Below, piece by piece: positions 8,743 to 17,678 of a stretch of DNA of 64,000 nt (positions are counted from its first letter, which is position 1; every line of letters begins with the position of its first letter). The stretch comes from Parachlamydiales bacterium (lineage in GTDB: Bacteria; Chlamydiota; Chlamydiia; Chlamydiales; JAJFMK01), in NCBI GenBank assembly GCA_963704365.1, contig OY969899.1, forward strand, positions 88,121-152,120. Reading direction: 5' to 3'. Below the pieces are notes generated by a model. The model was not told the DNA's origin and searched no databases. It saw only the letters and a list, made by a program, of their open reading frames with translations. Both the position numbers and the translations under genes were made by a program.

Positions 8743-10347
8743 TTAAGGGCTTTTGATTTCATTGATATTGAGGAAATCAAGAGCCTGATCAATTTCCCAC
8801 TCCCACATATCGCGTGTTGCAGTTTTTTGACGGTAAATATCTTGCTGACGTTTGGTCTGATCGTGGATCTCTTCTTTCGTGTTCACAAGGCAAGGACGGA
8901 TAAACATCATCAACGCACGCTTGCTATCGTTATTTGTCTTATTCGAGAACAGGGCCCCCACGATAGGGATACCACCCAAGCAAGGGAGGTTACTTCTGAT
9001 CAAATCTGTCTCATCTTGTACGTTGCCGCTCAAAATGACAAAGAAGTTGTTAGGAACAAAAATCGTTGTTTTTGTATTGCTCTTTCTGGTCGTAGGGCCA
9101 GATCCAAGGGCGTTTTGGAACCCGTTGTTTGAGAGCAGGTTGACATCAGAACCAATCAATGTCGACAGTTCTTGCTCAAGCTGCAAAGTGATCAACCCGT
9201 TCTTATTGATAAACGGTGTCACTTTTAACGTCGCACCAATATCGCGGTATTCGAAGTTGTTGGTCAAAATCGAACCAAAGTCGTTGGCAACAGATTGAGT
9301 TTTGAATGGGACGTTAAGGCCGACAAAAATTTCTGCAGGTTGGTTGTCTTCCACCAAGATTTTTTGGTTTAAGACCACTTTACTGTCGGTCAAATCGTGG
9401 ACTGCACGGACTAAGGCCCCAATACTGCCATAGGCTGTTCCGCAGTGGATCAGGTTCTGCCCAATCACCCCTAAGCTAAAACCAGTGGCAAGGGCCAGGT
9501 TATTGGCATTCAGTAGACCGGCATTAGGGAAGTTCTGCCCGTTTAAAGTGGCTGGCAGTGGAGTACCAAGGGAGTTCATCCCTTGAGCTCCGGCAGAATT
9601 ATCGCTTCCGAAGCGGGAGCCAAAGTCGACACCATAAGTCAAAGAGTCGGCAATGGTTGTGTCAAGAAGCAATAGTTCGATCAAGACCTGTTCATTCTTG
9701 ATGTCAAGTTCAGCCACTAAGGCTCTCAGCTTGACTAAAGCAGCTTTTGTACCGGTAAAGACCAACATATTAGAGGTCTCAAGCCACTGCGTGCTGCTAA
9801 TGGCAGCAACTAATTCGTTTTGGGCAGACTGAAGCGCATAACGAGGGATATTTTCTGTCCCTTCTTTTGCAGCCGAGGTATTGTTCTCTATTTCTAAAAG
9901 GCTAGAGGCGATGGCTTGCAACGCCTGCTGGATCTGATCCCCTTTTCTGTATTGGAGTTTATAGATCTCAAAATCGGTGCTCAATAAATGGCCGATTGGA
10001 AGACCTTCGTTTGAAAGGGCACCGGCAATCCCTGTTGCCGATAGGGCACCACCAAATGAGGCAATATTAAGTGGTTTACCATCAGGGCCTAGAAGAGGTC
10101 TCCCGTCAGGTCCGAGCAAAGTCCCGTCAGGGGCTACACGGTTGCCGCGGAAATACCGTTCTCCGTTAGGGCCAATTGTGAAACCAGCACCACCAGCACC
10201 AGCTTCGCCTCTTCCACCGCCGTCAATATCTTTCAAAATAGCAATGGCTTTGTCTACAAGTGGAGGTGTTGAGATGATGAAGAGGGTGTTGGTATCTCGG
10301 TAAGGGACAAAATCGATCCGTTTCCCTTCCTGAGCTAACGGAGCCAC
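8743..10347 (-). CDS. sctC: T3SS secretin SctC/CdsC, C-terminal part (N-domains plus secretin core) of a frameshift-split gene
   Basis: The secretin C-domain signature is present (TTRKSNTKTTIFVPNNFFVILSGNVQDE...LPCLGGIPIVGALFSNKTNNDSKRALMMFIRP). The frame stays open upstream to 10434 and encodes a typical N-domain strand-helix, GIVVGQYRGQNLYVDSLAALAEKI. Confidence 0.85.
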   Translation of the reverse strand: MAPLAQEGKRIDFVPYRDTNTLFIISTPPLVDKAIAILKDIDGGGRGEAGAGGAGFTIGPNGERYFRGNRVAPDGTLLGPDGRPLLGPDGKPLNIASFGGALSATGIAGALSNEGLPIGHLLSTDFEIYKLQYRKGDQIQQALQAIASSLLEIENNTSAAKEGTENIPRYALQSAQNELVAAISSTQWLETSNMLVFTGTKAALVKLRALVAELDIKNEQVLIELLLLDTTIADSLTYGVDFGSRFGSDNSAGAQGMNSLGTPLPATLNGQNFPNAGLLNANNLALATGFSLGVIGQNLIHCGTAYGSIGALVRAVHDLTDSKVVLNQKILVEDNQPAEIFVGLNVPFKTQSVANDFGSILTNNFEYRDIGATLKVTPFINKNGLITLQLEQELSTLIGSDVNLLSNNGFQNALGSGPTTRKSNTKTTIFVPNNFFVILSGNVQDETDLIRSNLPCLGGIPIVGALFSNKTNNDSKRALMMFIRPCLVNTKEEIHDQTKRQQDIYRQKTATRDMWEWEIDQALDFLNINEIKSP

Positions 10348-10396
10348 AATTTTTTCAGCTAATGCAGCGAGAGAATCGACGTAGAGGTTTTGCCCC

Positions 10397-11419
10397 CTAT
10401 ACTGTCCTACAACAATGCCAGACTGTCGGAGAATCTAGCAGGACAAGTAGATCGGCAATTTTTTCAACATTGGATGTCAAATCGGTGACAATGAAAAAAC
10501 CTGTTTCAGGAATAGCCTCAATGATCGCTGCTTGGGAGAGGAGAGGGGCGATGATATCCCGAGCTTTATTAGGATCCATTGAAGAGAGTCTAAAGACCCT
10601 CGTGACAATCTGAACATTCGGTGGAATGGCCTCGTTTCCATCTCTAGGGAGGATGGTCGATAGGCTGTTGACGTTCGGATTGTTGTGGATGATGATATTA
10701 TTGCCCTGTTCAATCATCGAGAGGCCGTGAATGCGTAATTCATTCATTAGCACGGTCATGATCTCATCAAGAGAGGTCAATTCTTCCGATACAATAGTTA
10801 CATTGAAATTCAATTCATCTTCATTGAAAAGGAAATTTTTTCCTGAGATACGGCTAATGAATCTGATGTATTCAGCAACTGAAACGTTTGTCAGGTTGAT
10901 CAAAAACTTCTGCGGCCCTGCTACTCGTTTGGTCTCTAAAACGGCCTGAGGAGTTGGCCCTGGCTGCTGAAGGGTTTGAACGGCAGGCGTAGCCTGTTGA
11001 GGTTGTGCTGGTGAGGAAACAGGCTGAAGATTTTGTAAAGAAGGGGCGGGAGGAACTGCACTCTCTTGCAAAGCTGGAATCAGTTCAGACGGAGAGAAGT
11101 TTGGACCTGTGGGTGTTGCGGGAGTCTCTTCGTTGGCTTGCTGTGTTGGTTGGGGTGCGGTTGGTTTTTTGACAGGCTCCGGTGGTTTGGCTTCTGGCGG
11201 TAAATCAAAAGCAGGCAAAAGATCGGACGGTTTTAATTCGGTAGCATCTGAGATCAGATAAGAGGCTGTATCGCCCATTCTGGCTTCTCTGATAGCACGC
11301 CGTGCCCCATTTTTCGAGACAGCACCATCTGCTTTGATGGGTGACACTTCGAGAAGGGCCAGGAGGGAGAGGAGAACCCGTGTTGGGGCACGTGATCTCT
11401 TAAAGAAGCGGGGCATCAC
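10397..11419 (-). CDS. sctC: T3SS secretin SctC/CdsC, N-terminal part (signal peptide, P/Q-rich chlamydial extension, first N-domain)
   Basis: Signal-like N-terminus followed by a P/Q/T-rich linker, as in chlamydial CdsC. It ends ...EKIADLLVLLDSPTVWHCCRTV* in a frame offset by one nt from the downstream secretin ORF. The two frames overlap at 10400-10434. Confidence 0.8.
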   Translation of the reverse strand: MMPRFFKRSRAPTRVLLSLLALLEVSPIKADGAVSKNGARRAIREARMGDTASYLISDATELKPSDLLPAFDLPPEAKPPEPVKKPTAPQPTQQANEETPATPTGPNFSPSELIPALQESAVPPAPSLQNLQPVSSPAQPQQATPAVQTLQQPGPTPQAVLETKRVAGPQKFLINLTNVSVAEYIRFISRISGKNFLFNEDELNFNVTIVSEELTSLDEIMTVLMNELRIHGLSMIEQGNNIIIHNNPNVNSLSTILPRDGNEAIPPNVQIVTRVFRLSSMDPNKARDIIAPLLSQAAIIEAIPETGFFIVTDLTSNVEKIADLLVLLDSPTVWHCCRTV

Positions 11420-11629
11420 TATCGATCAATCCAATTTAGTATCGCAAATTCAAAGCATGAAAGGAGTTTTTATCACCTCTCTTTCCTTTTCAACAAACGA
11501 AAAGTGCATCTGAAATAAATAGTATATATGTTAAGTGCCAAATACACAGGTGTTTACAATGGCTTCCCCAGGGGGTGATAAAAATTAAAGGAAAGGGTTA
11601 TATGGGAAACAAGATAATCGGGTGGTTTG

Positions 11630-12037
11630 ATGATTTTATATGATGCGATAAGGGAGCTGATCCGTGAAGTAAATCTCCCGAAATCATTCGCCGACGAGAA
11701 GGGGGGCGTCTACCGTTTTCCGATGGACGAAACCACCGAAGTTGAAATTCGCGATGTCCCTCCCGGTTTTGTCCTTTTCTGTAAATTTGCCGAAAACGTC
11801 GATAAAAAATTAGAAGAGTGGTACATCCATTTGTTAAGTTCGGGTACATTTGGAAAGGCAACATCCGGGGCCATTCTTGGATTAACCGATGATGGTAAGC
11901 AGTTGACTCTCACTTTTCCTTTCGAATATCCTTTCGTCTACAAAGAATTTCGGGACCACTTAGAAGAGTTTTTTAATACTATCGACTACTGGAAAGAGGA
12001 ACGTGACCTATTCCAGAAAGGGAAATTGGTTGTATAG
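11630..12037 (+). CDS. Class I (CesT/Tir-type) T3SS chaperone, position of Chlamydia Scc4/CT663
   Basis: A ~135-aa acidic protein directly upstream of sctD. Its profile is typical of this chaperone class (LIREVNLPKSFADEKGGVYRFPMDETTEVEIRDVPPGFVLFCKF). ATG at 11630 is preferred over TTG at 11627. Confidence 0.6.
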   Translation: MILYDAIRELIREVNLPKSFADEKGGVYRFPMDETTEVEIRDVPPGFVLFCKFAENVDKKLEEWYIHLLSSGTFGKATSGAILGLTDDGKQLTLTFPFEYPFVYKEFRDHLEEFFNTIDYWKEERDLFQKGKLVV

Positions 12038-12072
12038 GATAGCGGTGAGTTCACGATGAAGAAGGGTTGCAA

Positions 12073-13842
12073 ATGGTAGGTCAGCTTCTGGTTGAAGCAG
12101 AAGGAAAGGGTAAAAAGATCTTTTCTTTTGAGGATGGAAAAAACAAATGGACACTTGGGAACGATCCAAACAGCCCATTTTTTGTTGAAGATTCCACTAT
12201 TTCTGATCAACACCTCCTTTTTTCGCTTGTTGACGGCGCTTTGATGGCCCAAAATTTATCCTATAGCGGAGATACACTTTTAAACGGTGAACCACTTGTA
12301 GCTCCCACCCCTTTGAAAGAGGGTGACGAGTTGAAAATAGGGGATTTGACTCTTAAATACACCCTCAATACCCCTCCTGCAGAGCCGGTCCCACAAGCCC
12401 CCGTGCAGTCAAAAGAAACAACATCGCGTGAATCCATATTCGATGAGACAGCTCCAGCAGGCGCTGGCGGTTCTCCTGAAGTTCATTTTGACCTCATGGA
12501 AGGTGCCCGGTTCTTATTAAAAGTTGTAGGAGGGCCCAATAGCGGTGCCGAGTTCCCACTTTCAGTTGAACAAACTTATGTAATTGGAACCGATCCTCAA
12601 GTTGCTGACATTGTCTTTCATGACGTGAGCGTTTCTAGGCAACATGCCTCAGTGACTCTTAAGGCAGATGATAAATTGGTCCTCAAAGATCTAGGAAGCC
12701 GAAACGGGACCTACTTGGACGAGGAAAAAATTGAAGGTGAAATCGAACTGCCTGCAAATAAAGTCGTCTCGCTCGGGACATCGACTTTTGTAGTTCTTGA
12801 TACTGAGGGAGAAAGAAATACCATTATTTCCCCTCTTTTGCCTTCGATTGTTAAAGTTCTTCAAAAGCAGGAAGAGAAAAAGATCGCAGCCGGGATTGCA
12901 GCAGCCGAAGAGGAAGAGAAAAAAGAAGCGACTCCTCCAAGTTTTAGTATGCTTGGGGCCTTTATCCTAGTTGCTGTCATCAGCACATTACTAGCCATTG
13001 TGGGCTTAGGGGTTCGGTCTCTATTGACTACCCACGAAGTGCAGGCCGAAAAAGTGGATGTACAAAAGGATCTGCAAAAAATTCTGTCTCCTTATCCAAG
13101 CGTTCGCTACTCCTATACCGATACAAATGGACGGCTTTTGTTGGTTGGACACGTTCTAACAAACATTGAGCGGTCAGAATTGATGCTGGGGTTACAGAAT
13201 ATCCCATCGATCCGCTCGATTGAAGATAATATCATCGTCGACGAGTTTGTCTGGAAAGAAGCTAACCAAATTTTGGCTCAAAATCCCGAATGGAAAGGGG
13301 TTTCGATGATTTCTCCAAGTCCTGGTGTTTTCCAAGTGACAGGGGTTGTCCCGAATCGCCGCCAGCTAGATACTTTAACCGAATATCTTAATCAAACCTT
13401 TAACTTTCCTGAACTTCTCGATTTTAAAGTGGTGGTTGAAGAGGATTTACTTAACCAGGTCACAGCTCTGCTAAAAAATAGGGGATTCCCGAATGTAAAA
13501 GGGGCCTTTTCTGAAGGGCAAATTAGACTTTCTGGTGTGATTACAATAGATCAAGAGCCTAAATTTCAGGCTGTTGTGGATGAAATGGGGAAGATACCAG
13601 GTGTCAGGGCTGTCCAGAACACTGTGGTTTCCCATAAGACTGAGGCTGTGACAAACATATCCAGTCGGTATAAAGTAGCTGGTTATCTGGATCAGGGTAA
13701 TGGAAAGATGAGTGTGGTCATCAATGGACGAATCGTTGGAGTAGGCGATGTTCTTGATGGTATGGCAATCACCTCAATCACCCAGGACGCCATTTTACTA
13801 GAGAAGGATAATGAGAAGTTTAGAATTAATAACACCCGATAG
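12073..13842 (+). CDS. sctD: T3SS inner-membrane ring protein SctD/CdsD with two N-terminal FHA domains
   Basis: Two FHA-like modules are present (WTLGNDPNSPFFVEDSTISDQHLLF; YVIGTDPQVADIVFHDVSVSRQHASV...GSRNGTYLD). They are followed by a single TM helix (LGAFILVAVISTLLAIVGLGV) and a periplasmic domain. The gene sits in the CT664 position. Confidence 0.85.
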   Translation: MVGQLLVEAEGKGKKIFSFEDGKNKWTLGNDPNSPFFVEDSTISDQHLLFSLVDGALMAQNLSYSGDTLLNGEPLVAPTPLKEGDELKIGDLTLKYTLNTPPAEPVPQAPVQSKETTSRESIFDETAPAGAGGSPEVHFDLMEGARFLLKVVGGPNSGAEFPLSVEQTYVIGTDPQVADIVFHDVSVSRQHASVTLKADDKLVLKDLGSRNGTYLDEEKIEGEIELPANKVVSLGTSTFVVLDTEGERNTIISPLLPSIVKVLQKQEEKKIAAGIAAAEEEEKKEATPPSFSMLGAFILVAVISTLLAIVGLGVRSLLTTHEVQAEKVDVQKDLQKILSPYPSVRYSYTDTNGRLLLVGHVLTNIERSELMLGLQNIPSIRSIEDNIIVDEFVWKEANQILAQNPEWKGVSMISPSPGVFQVTGVVPNRRQLDTLTEYLNQTFNFPELLDFKVVVEEDLLNQVTALLKNRGFPNVKGAFSEGQIRLSGVITIDQEPKFQAVVDEMGKIPGVRAVQNTVVSHKTEAVTNISSRYKVAGYLDQGNGKMSVVINGRIVGVGDVLDGMAITSITQDAILLEKDNEKFRINNTR

Positions 13843-13954
13843 ATTAGTCAATTCTTCTATGCGAGTTTTTATTAATGCCTTAACTATCTATAAATAGGTT
13901 AATATGCTATAATCGACCTTAGGGGGTCGGGGATTAGCTTTAGAAACAACATGA

Positions 13955-14221
13955 GTGAGTATGTTTGGACTAGAGAGTCAAAAAGGAAAAAAAGGGAAAC
14001 CCGACATGAAGGCCTTTACCTTCGATCTCGAGGAAAAGTTGAAATCGCCCCAGGCGATGGATGCTTTGAGAGAACGAGTACATGGTCATCTCCACGATTT
14101 GAAACGGCAGCTTCAGGAGGGTCTTGAGGGTGAAGATTTCGAAGAAGTTGGTCATATGATTTATGGGTATATTGCTCTCTTAAAAGTGATGGGCAGAATA
14201 CCGACAAAAGGAAGAAAATAA
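13955..14221 (+). CDS. Small helical T3SS protein, CdsE/YscE-like needle co-chaperone (CT665 position)
   Basis: An 86-88 aa charged helical ORF immediately upstream of the needle gene. The call rests on conserved position. The start could be GTG 13955 or ATG 13961. Confidence 0.55.
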   Translation: MSMFGLESQKGKKGKPDMKAFTFDLEEKLKSPQAMDALRERVHGHLHDLKRQLQEGLEGEDFEEVGHMIYGYIALLKVMGRIPTKGRK

Positions 14222-14254
14222 TAACATTTACCCTCACATTTGGAGGAAACAAAT

Positions 14255-14530
14255 ATGTCAAACCAGGCTCCAACCACATATTCGGGAAGCGGTTCACCCC
14301 TAGTCGGGATGAACGTTCAGGCACTGTTCCAAGCAGTGACGAACGCTACCGTTAGTGCTCAGAATAAGCTGCAGCAACTGAAGAATAACCAGAGTTCCAT
14401 CAGCATCGGCGATATGTTCGAAATGCAAATGTTGATGAACCACCTCTCACAACTTTCGGAAATGGCAACAGCCGTTGTTTCTGCACTTCATAGTGCAATC
14501 AAATCAATGGCCCAAAACGTCAGAGGATAA
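14255..14530 (+). CDS. sctF: T3SS needle subunit SctF/CdsF
   Basis: A 91-aa protein preceded by GGAGGA 7 nt upstream of the ATG. The C-terminal helix GDMFEMQMLMNHLSQLSEMATAVVSALHSAIKSMAQNVRG is typical of needle subunits. Confidence 0.85.
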   Translation: MSNQAPTTYSGSGSPLVGMNVQALFQAVTNATVSAQNKLQQLKNNQSSISIGDMFEMQMLMNHLSQLSEMATAVVSALHSAIKSMAQNVRG

Positions 14531-14569
14531 TCCTCTCTCGTAGCCGGATATGTGTAGGGGTAGGAGTAA

Positions 14570-14599
14570 GAAGGAGGGAGCTTGTAGCTTCCCTCCTTC
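14570..14599 (+). promoter_or_regulatory. GC-rich stem-loop just after sctF (possible attenuator or RNA-stabilising hairpin; no U-tract)
   Basis: gaaggagggagc-ttgta-gcttccctccttc forms a 12-bp stem with one bulge, 40 nt after the sctF stop. Confidence 0.3.
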
Positions 14600-14652
14600 C
14601 GTGCTACTGACAAAGAAAAGGCAAGAAATTAAAAGGCCAATAAGGGGAAAAA

Positions 14653-15114
14653 ATGGGGAGTAAGAACAATCTGGCACCTTTCAAAGAGGACTTTGCTCTT
14701 CTGATTGAAGCAGGTTTTATAGCTGTGAAACAGTGTGATGAGCGAAGTGCTAGACAAATCTTTAAAGCAGCACAGATATTAAGCCCTAAAAGTGTGGCCC
14801 CAGAAATCGGACTTGGTTACATCGCTTTGAATAAAATGCAGCTGAAAGAGTCAGACGCCATTTTCGAAGATGTGGTAAAAAAAGAACCTCAAAATCTTCT
14901 TGCATCTGCGTTTTTAGGTATTTCTTATGTCCTGCAAAAAGGGAAAAGGAAAAAAGGGATCGAACTTCTAGAAAATGCAAGAGACCAAAGCGACGAAGCG
15001 ACAGTGAAGAATCTGGCCGATATCACCTTGAAGTGGGTGGTAAAAGATATAGAGAAAAAAGAGAGCAAGGCCCCCTTCTTCCAACAAGGCAAAAAAGAAG
15101 AGAAAAATAAATAA
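14653..15114 (+). CDS. TPR-like T3SS needle co-chaperone CdsG/YscG-like (CT667 position)
   Basis: A 153-aa protein with TPR-like helices (ARQIFKAAQILSPKSVAPEIGLGYIALNKMQLKESDAIFEDVVKKEPQN). Position is conserved. Confidence 0.6.
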   Translation: MGSKNNLAPFKEDFALLIEAGFIAVKQCDERSARQIFKAAQILSPKSVAPEIGLGYIALNKMQLKESDAIFEDVVKKEPQNLLASAFLGISYVLQKGKRKKGIELLENARDQSDEATVKNLADITLKWVVKDIEKKESKAPFFQQGKKEEKNK

Positions 15115-15167
15115 TCATATTAAAGTATTCAGACGGCGACGTTGAAATACTTTAGGAGAAATGAAAT

Positions 15168-15827
15168 ATGAGTACAAATCCTAAAGAAGTCATACAAGCA
15201 GTCGAGCATGTTGATCAAGATGCAGCATCTCCTAACTCGAAGGGATTTGAGAAAGAGGCTTTTGATCCTCAGAAAGCAGATCAGTTCCAGGCCGCTCTCG
15301 AGAAAAGTCAGGCAACCACGGCTCAACCTGCCAATAATATAATGGATTTAGCAGCCCAAAAAGTGGCTGATCCGTCAGCTACAAAAGGGCTTGATGCCAT
15401 CCAGCTCACTTCTCAAGCCATCCAAACACGGATTGAGGAGATCAAGCAGGTCCTTTCTGCTCCTGATAACAAAATCAAAGACTCTTACAAAAACCTTCTC
15501 GAAAACAAATTATCCCACATCGATGATGCGTTGAGGATTGCCCTCGAAAAAACAGGGGCTGAACAAACCATCGAATCGGGTGGCATGAGTTTTGGAACGG
15601 GCGTTGAGAAGTTTTTAGGCTTCTTAACCCGTAGCCAACACAGATTGAATGCTGTTGTAGACGAGATCAACGATATCAAGTTTAACAAAGGTAACGAAGT
15701 ACGTCCTGCCGATTTACTGGCTGTTCAAGTGAAAGTGAACTTTGTTCAACAAGAGCTTGAGCTTTTCACAAACTTACTCAACAAAGGCCTTGAGTCGACA
15801 AAAACGTTATTAAACGTTCAAGTTTAA
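15168..15827 (+). CDS. T3SS-associated protein in the CT668 position; C-terminus resembles inner-rod SctI
   Basis: A 219-aa polar protein. Its C-terminal RPADLLAVQVKVNFVQQELELFTNLLNKGLESTKTLLNVQV resembles the conserved C-terminal helix of YscI/PrgJ-type rod proteins, as I recall them. Confidence 0.45.
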   Translation: MSTNPKEVIQAVEHVDQDAASPNSKGFEKEAFDPQKADQFQAALEKSQATTAQPANNIMDLAAQKVADPSATKGLDAIQLTSQAIQTRIEEIKQVLSAPDNKIKDSYKNLLENKLSHIDDALRIALEKTGAEQTIESGGMSFGTGVEKFLGFLTRSQHRLNAVVDEINDIKFNKGNEVRPADLLAVQVKVNFVQQELELFTNLLNKGLESTKTLLNVQV

Positions 15828-15840
15828 GGATAGGTACCCG

Positions 15841-17169
15841 ATGGAGACCTTCGAATCAGGTACAGTCGATGAGATCCTAGGGGCACTCGATAACCTAGAT
15901 CTTAGCAATGTCAACGGCCGCATCACCGAAGTGATCGGGATGCTTATTCGAGCTGTAGTTCCCAATGTCAAAATTGGAGAAGTTTGCCTTGTCAAAAGAC
16001 AGGGAATGGAACCTCTTCGTTGTGAGGTGGTTGGCTTTACGCAAGAAGAGGTGATCTTATCTCCTCTCGGAGAGATGAGCGGCATCGGACCTTCATCTGA
16101 AGTCATCTCCTTAAATCTTCCCCTTTTTGTCAAAGTAGGTCCTGGTCTTTTAGGCCGCGTTTTGAACGGACTTGGCGAGCCGATGGACTTAGATGTAAAG
16201 GGTCCTTTTGTCAATGTCGATGATGTTTACCCTATTAACCAAGCCCCACCCGATCCGCTGAAACGTGAAAGGATCGATAAACCAATATCCGTAGGAGTTC
16301 GGTGTATCGATGCTGTCCTCACCACAGGGATTGGTCAGCGGGTCGGGATTTTTGCAGCAGCGGGCGGTGGTAAATCTACACTTCTCGGAATGATTGCCAG
16401 AAACGCGGTTGCTGATGTCAACGTGATTGCCCTGGTAGGGGAGCGGGGGCGAGAATTACGAGATTTTATTGAAAAAGATTTAGGTCCGGAAGGGCTTAAA
16501 CGGTCTGTCGTTATAGTCTCAACCTCCGATCAGCCTTCGCAGGTGCGTCTGAACGCAGCTTATGTGGGTACTGCAATTGCTGAATATTTCCGTGACCAAG
16601 GTAAGTCCGTTATTTTGATGATGGACTCTGTCACCCGCTTTGCTCGGGCCTTAAGGGAAGTTGGGTTGGCTGCAGGTGAACCACCTGCAAGAGCTGGCTA
16701 CACACCTTCTGTGTTCTCTACTTTACCCAAGTTGTTGGAACGTTCTGGCCGTTCTGATAAAGGGTCGATCACTGCCTTTTATACCATCTTGGTGGCAGGT
16801 GATGATATGAATGAACCTGTCGCAGATGAAGTCCGTTCTATTTTGGACGGCCATATCATCCTGTCGGCAGATTTAGCCCGGCAATTCCACTATCCGGCTG
16901 TTGATGTCCTCTCATCGGCAAGTCGGGTCATGCCCTCCATTGTCCCACGAGAACAGCTTGAGCTAGTGGGTAAGTTGCGGGAAGTATTGGCCAATTATAA
17001 AAAGAACGAACTGTTAATCAAGATTGGAGAATACAAGCGCGGATCTGATCGGATGGGCGATTTTGCCATCGATAATATCGATAAAGTGATCAAGTTCTTA
17101 AAGCAGGGGGTCGATGAGAAATGTAGTTATGATGAATCTCTCCGGCTTCTTCGTGCGATGTTTAAATGA
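15841..17169 (+). CDS. sctN: T3SS ATPase SctN/CdsN
   Basis: Walker A (AAAGGGKSTLLGMIA), Walker B (VILMMDSVTRFA), and F1/FliI-like sequence over the full length. Confidence 0.95.
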   Translation: METFESGTVDEILGALDNLDLSNVNGRITEVIGMLIRAVVPNVKIGEVCLVKRQGMEPLRCEVVGFTQEEVILSPLGEMSGIGPSSEVISLNLPLFVKVGPGLLGRVLNGLGEPMDLDVKGPFVNVDDVYPINQAPPDPLKRERIDKPISVGVRCIDAVLTTGIGQRVGIFAAAGGGKSTLLGMIARNAVADVNVIALVGERGRELRDFIEKDLGPEGLKRSVVIVSTSDQPSQVRLNAAYVGTAIAEYFRDQGKSVILMMDSVTRFARALREVGLAAGEPPARAGYTPSVFSTLPKLLERSGRSDKGSITAFYTILVAGDDMNEPVADEVRSILDGHIILSADLARQFHYPAVDVLSSASRVMPSIVPREQLELVGKLREVLANYKKNELLIKIGEYKRGSDRMGDFAIDNIDKVIKFLKQGVDEKCSYDESLRLLRAMFK

Positions 17170-17669
17170 TAGATCAGAAGCTTAAGTATCCGCTTGAGGA
17201 TATCCTAAAGGTCAAGGAGAGGAGGGTTGAAGAGGCTGAAAAGCAACTTCAACTTAGAAAGCAAGAGCTAGTAAAAGAACAGGGAAAATTAAAAGAACGA
17301 GAAAAAGAGCGGGATCGGGTCAAGGGGCATTACAACGATAAGTTACGACAACTACGTGAAGAGTTTGACCATGGGACGACAAGTCCAAAAGTGATCGACA
17401 TGAAGGCCTACATTAAATTGGTCAAAGAGAACCTTGCAGTAGAAGAAAAAAAGGTTGCTGACCAAAAAGAACAGGTTAAAGTGGCCGAACAAAACGTTGT
17501 AAAGGCTAAAAAAGAGTTAGATCTTCGGCAAAAAGAGGTGGACAAAGTGAAAGAGCACCGTGCCGACTGGATCAAAGGGATCATGCGAGAAATGGAAGCC
17601 GATGAGGCCAGAGTTCAAGATGAGCTTGGTAATATCATTTTCTCGTTACATAATCGGCAGAAGCAGTAG
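17166..17669 (+). CDS. sctO: T3SS stalk protein SctO/CdsO
   Basis: A 167-aa K/E-rich coiled-coil ORF that overlaps the sctN stop (ATGA). It sits in the CT670 position. Confidence 0.75.
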   Translation: MIDQKLKYPLEDILKVKERRVEEAEKQLQLRKQELVKEQGKLKEREKERDRVKGHYNDKLRQLREEFDHGTTSPKVIDMKAYIKLVKENLAVEEKKVADQKEQVKVAEQNVVKAKKELDLRQKEVDKVKEHRADWIKGIMREMEADEARVQDELGNIIFSLHNRQKQ

Positions 17670-17678
17670 GGGGTTTGT

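Noticed and set aside
10400-10434. Programmed ribosomal frameshift in sctC
   Set aside because: The overlap window contains no homopolymer, slippery heptamer or obvious downstream stimulatory structure. A mutation or a sequencing error is more likely.
10362-10613. 83-aa plus-strand ORF spanning the sctC frameshift, and other antisense ORFs (8827-9298, 9977-10303, 15810-16214, 17924-18594)
   Set aside because: All lie antisense to well-supported T3SS genes. They have odd composition and no RBS or recognisable family.
13880-13913. Sigma-66-type promoter upstream of cdsE (perfect TATAAT at 13908-13913)
   Set aside because: No acceptable -35 hexamer lies at 16-18 bp spacing; the nearest, ttaact, is 22 bp away. 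A lone TATAAT in AT-rich intergenic DNA is not sufficient evidence.
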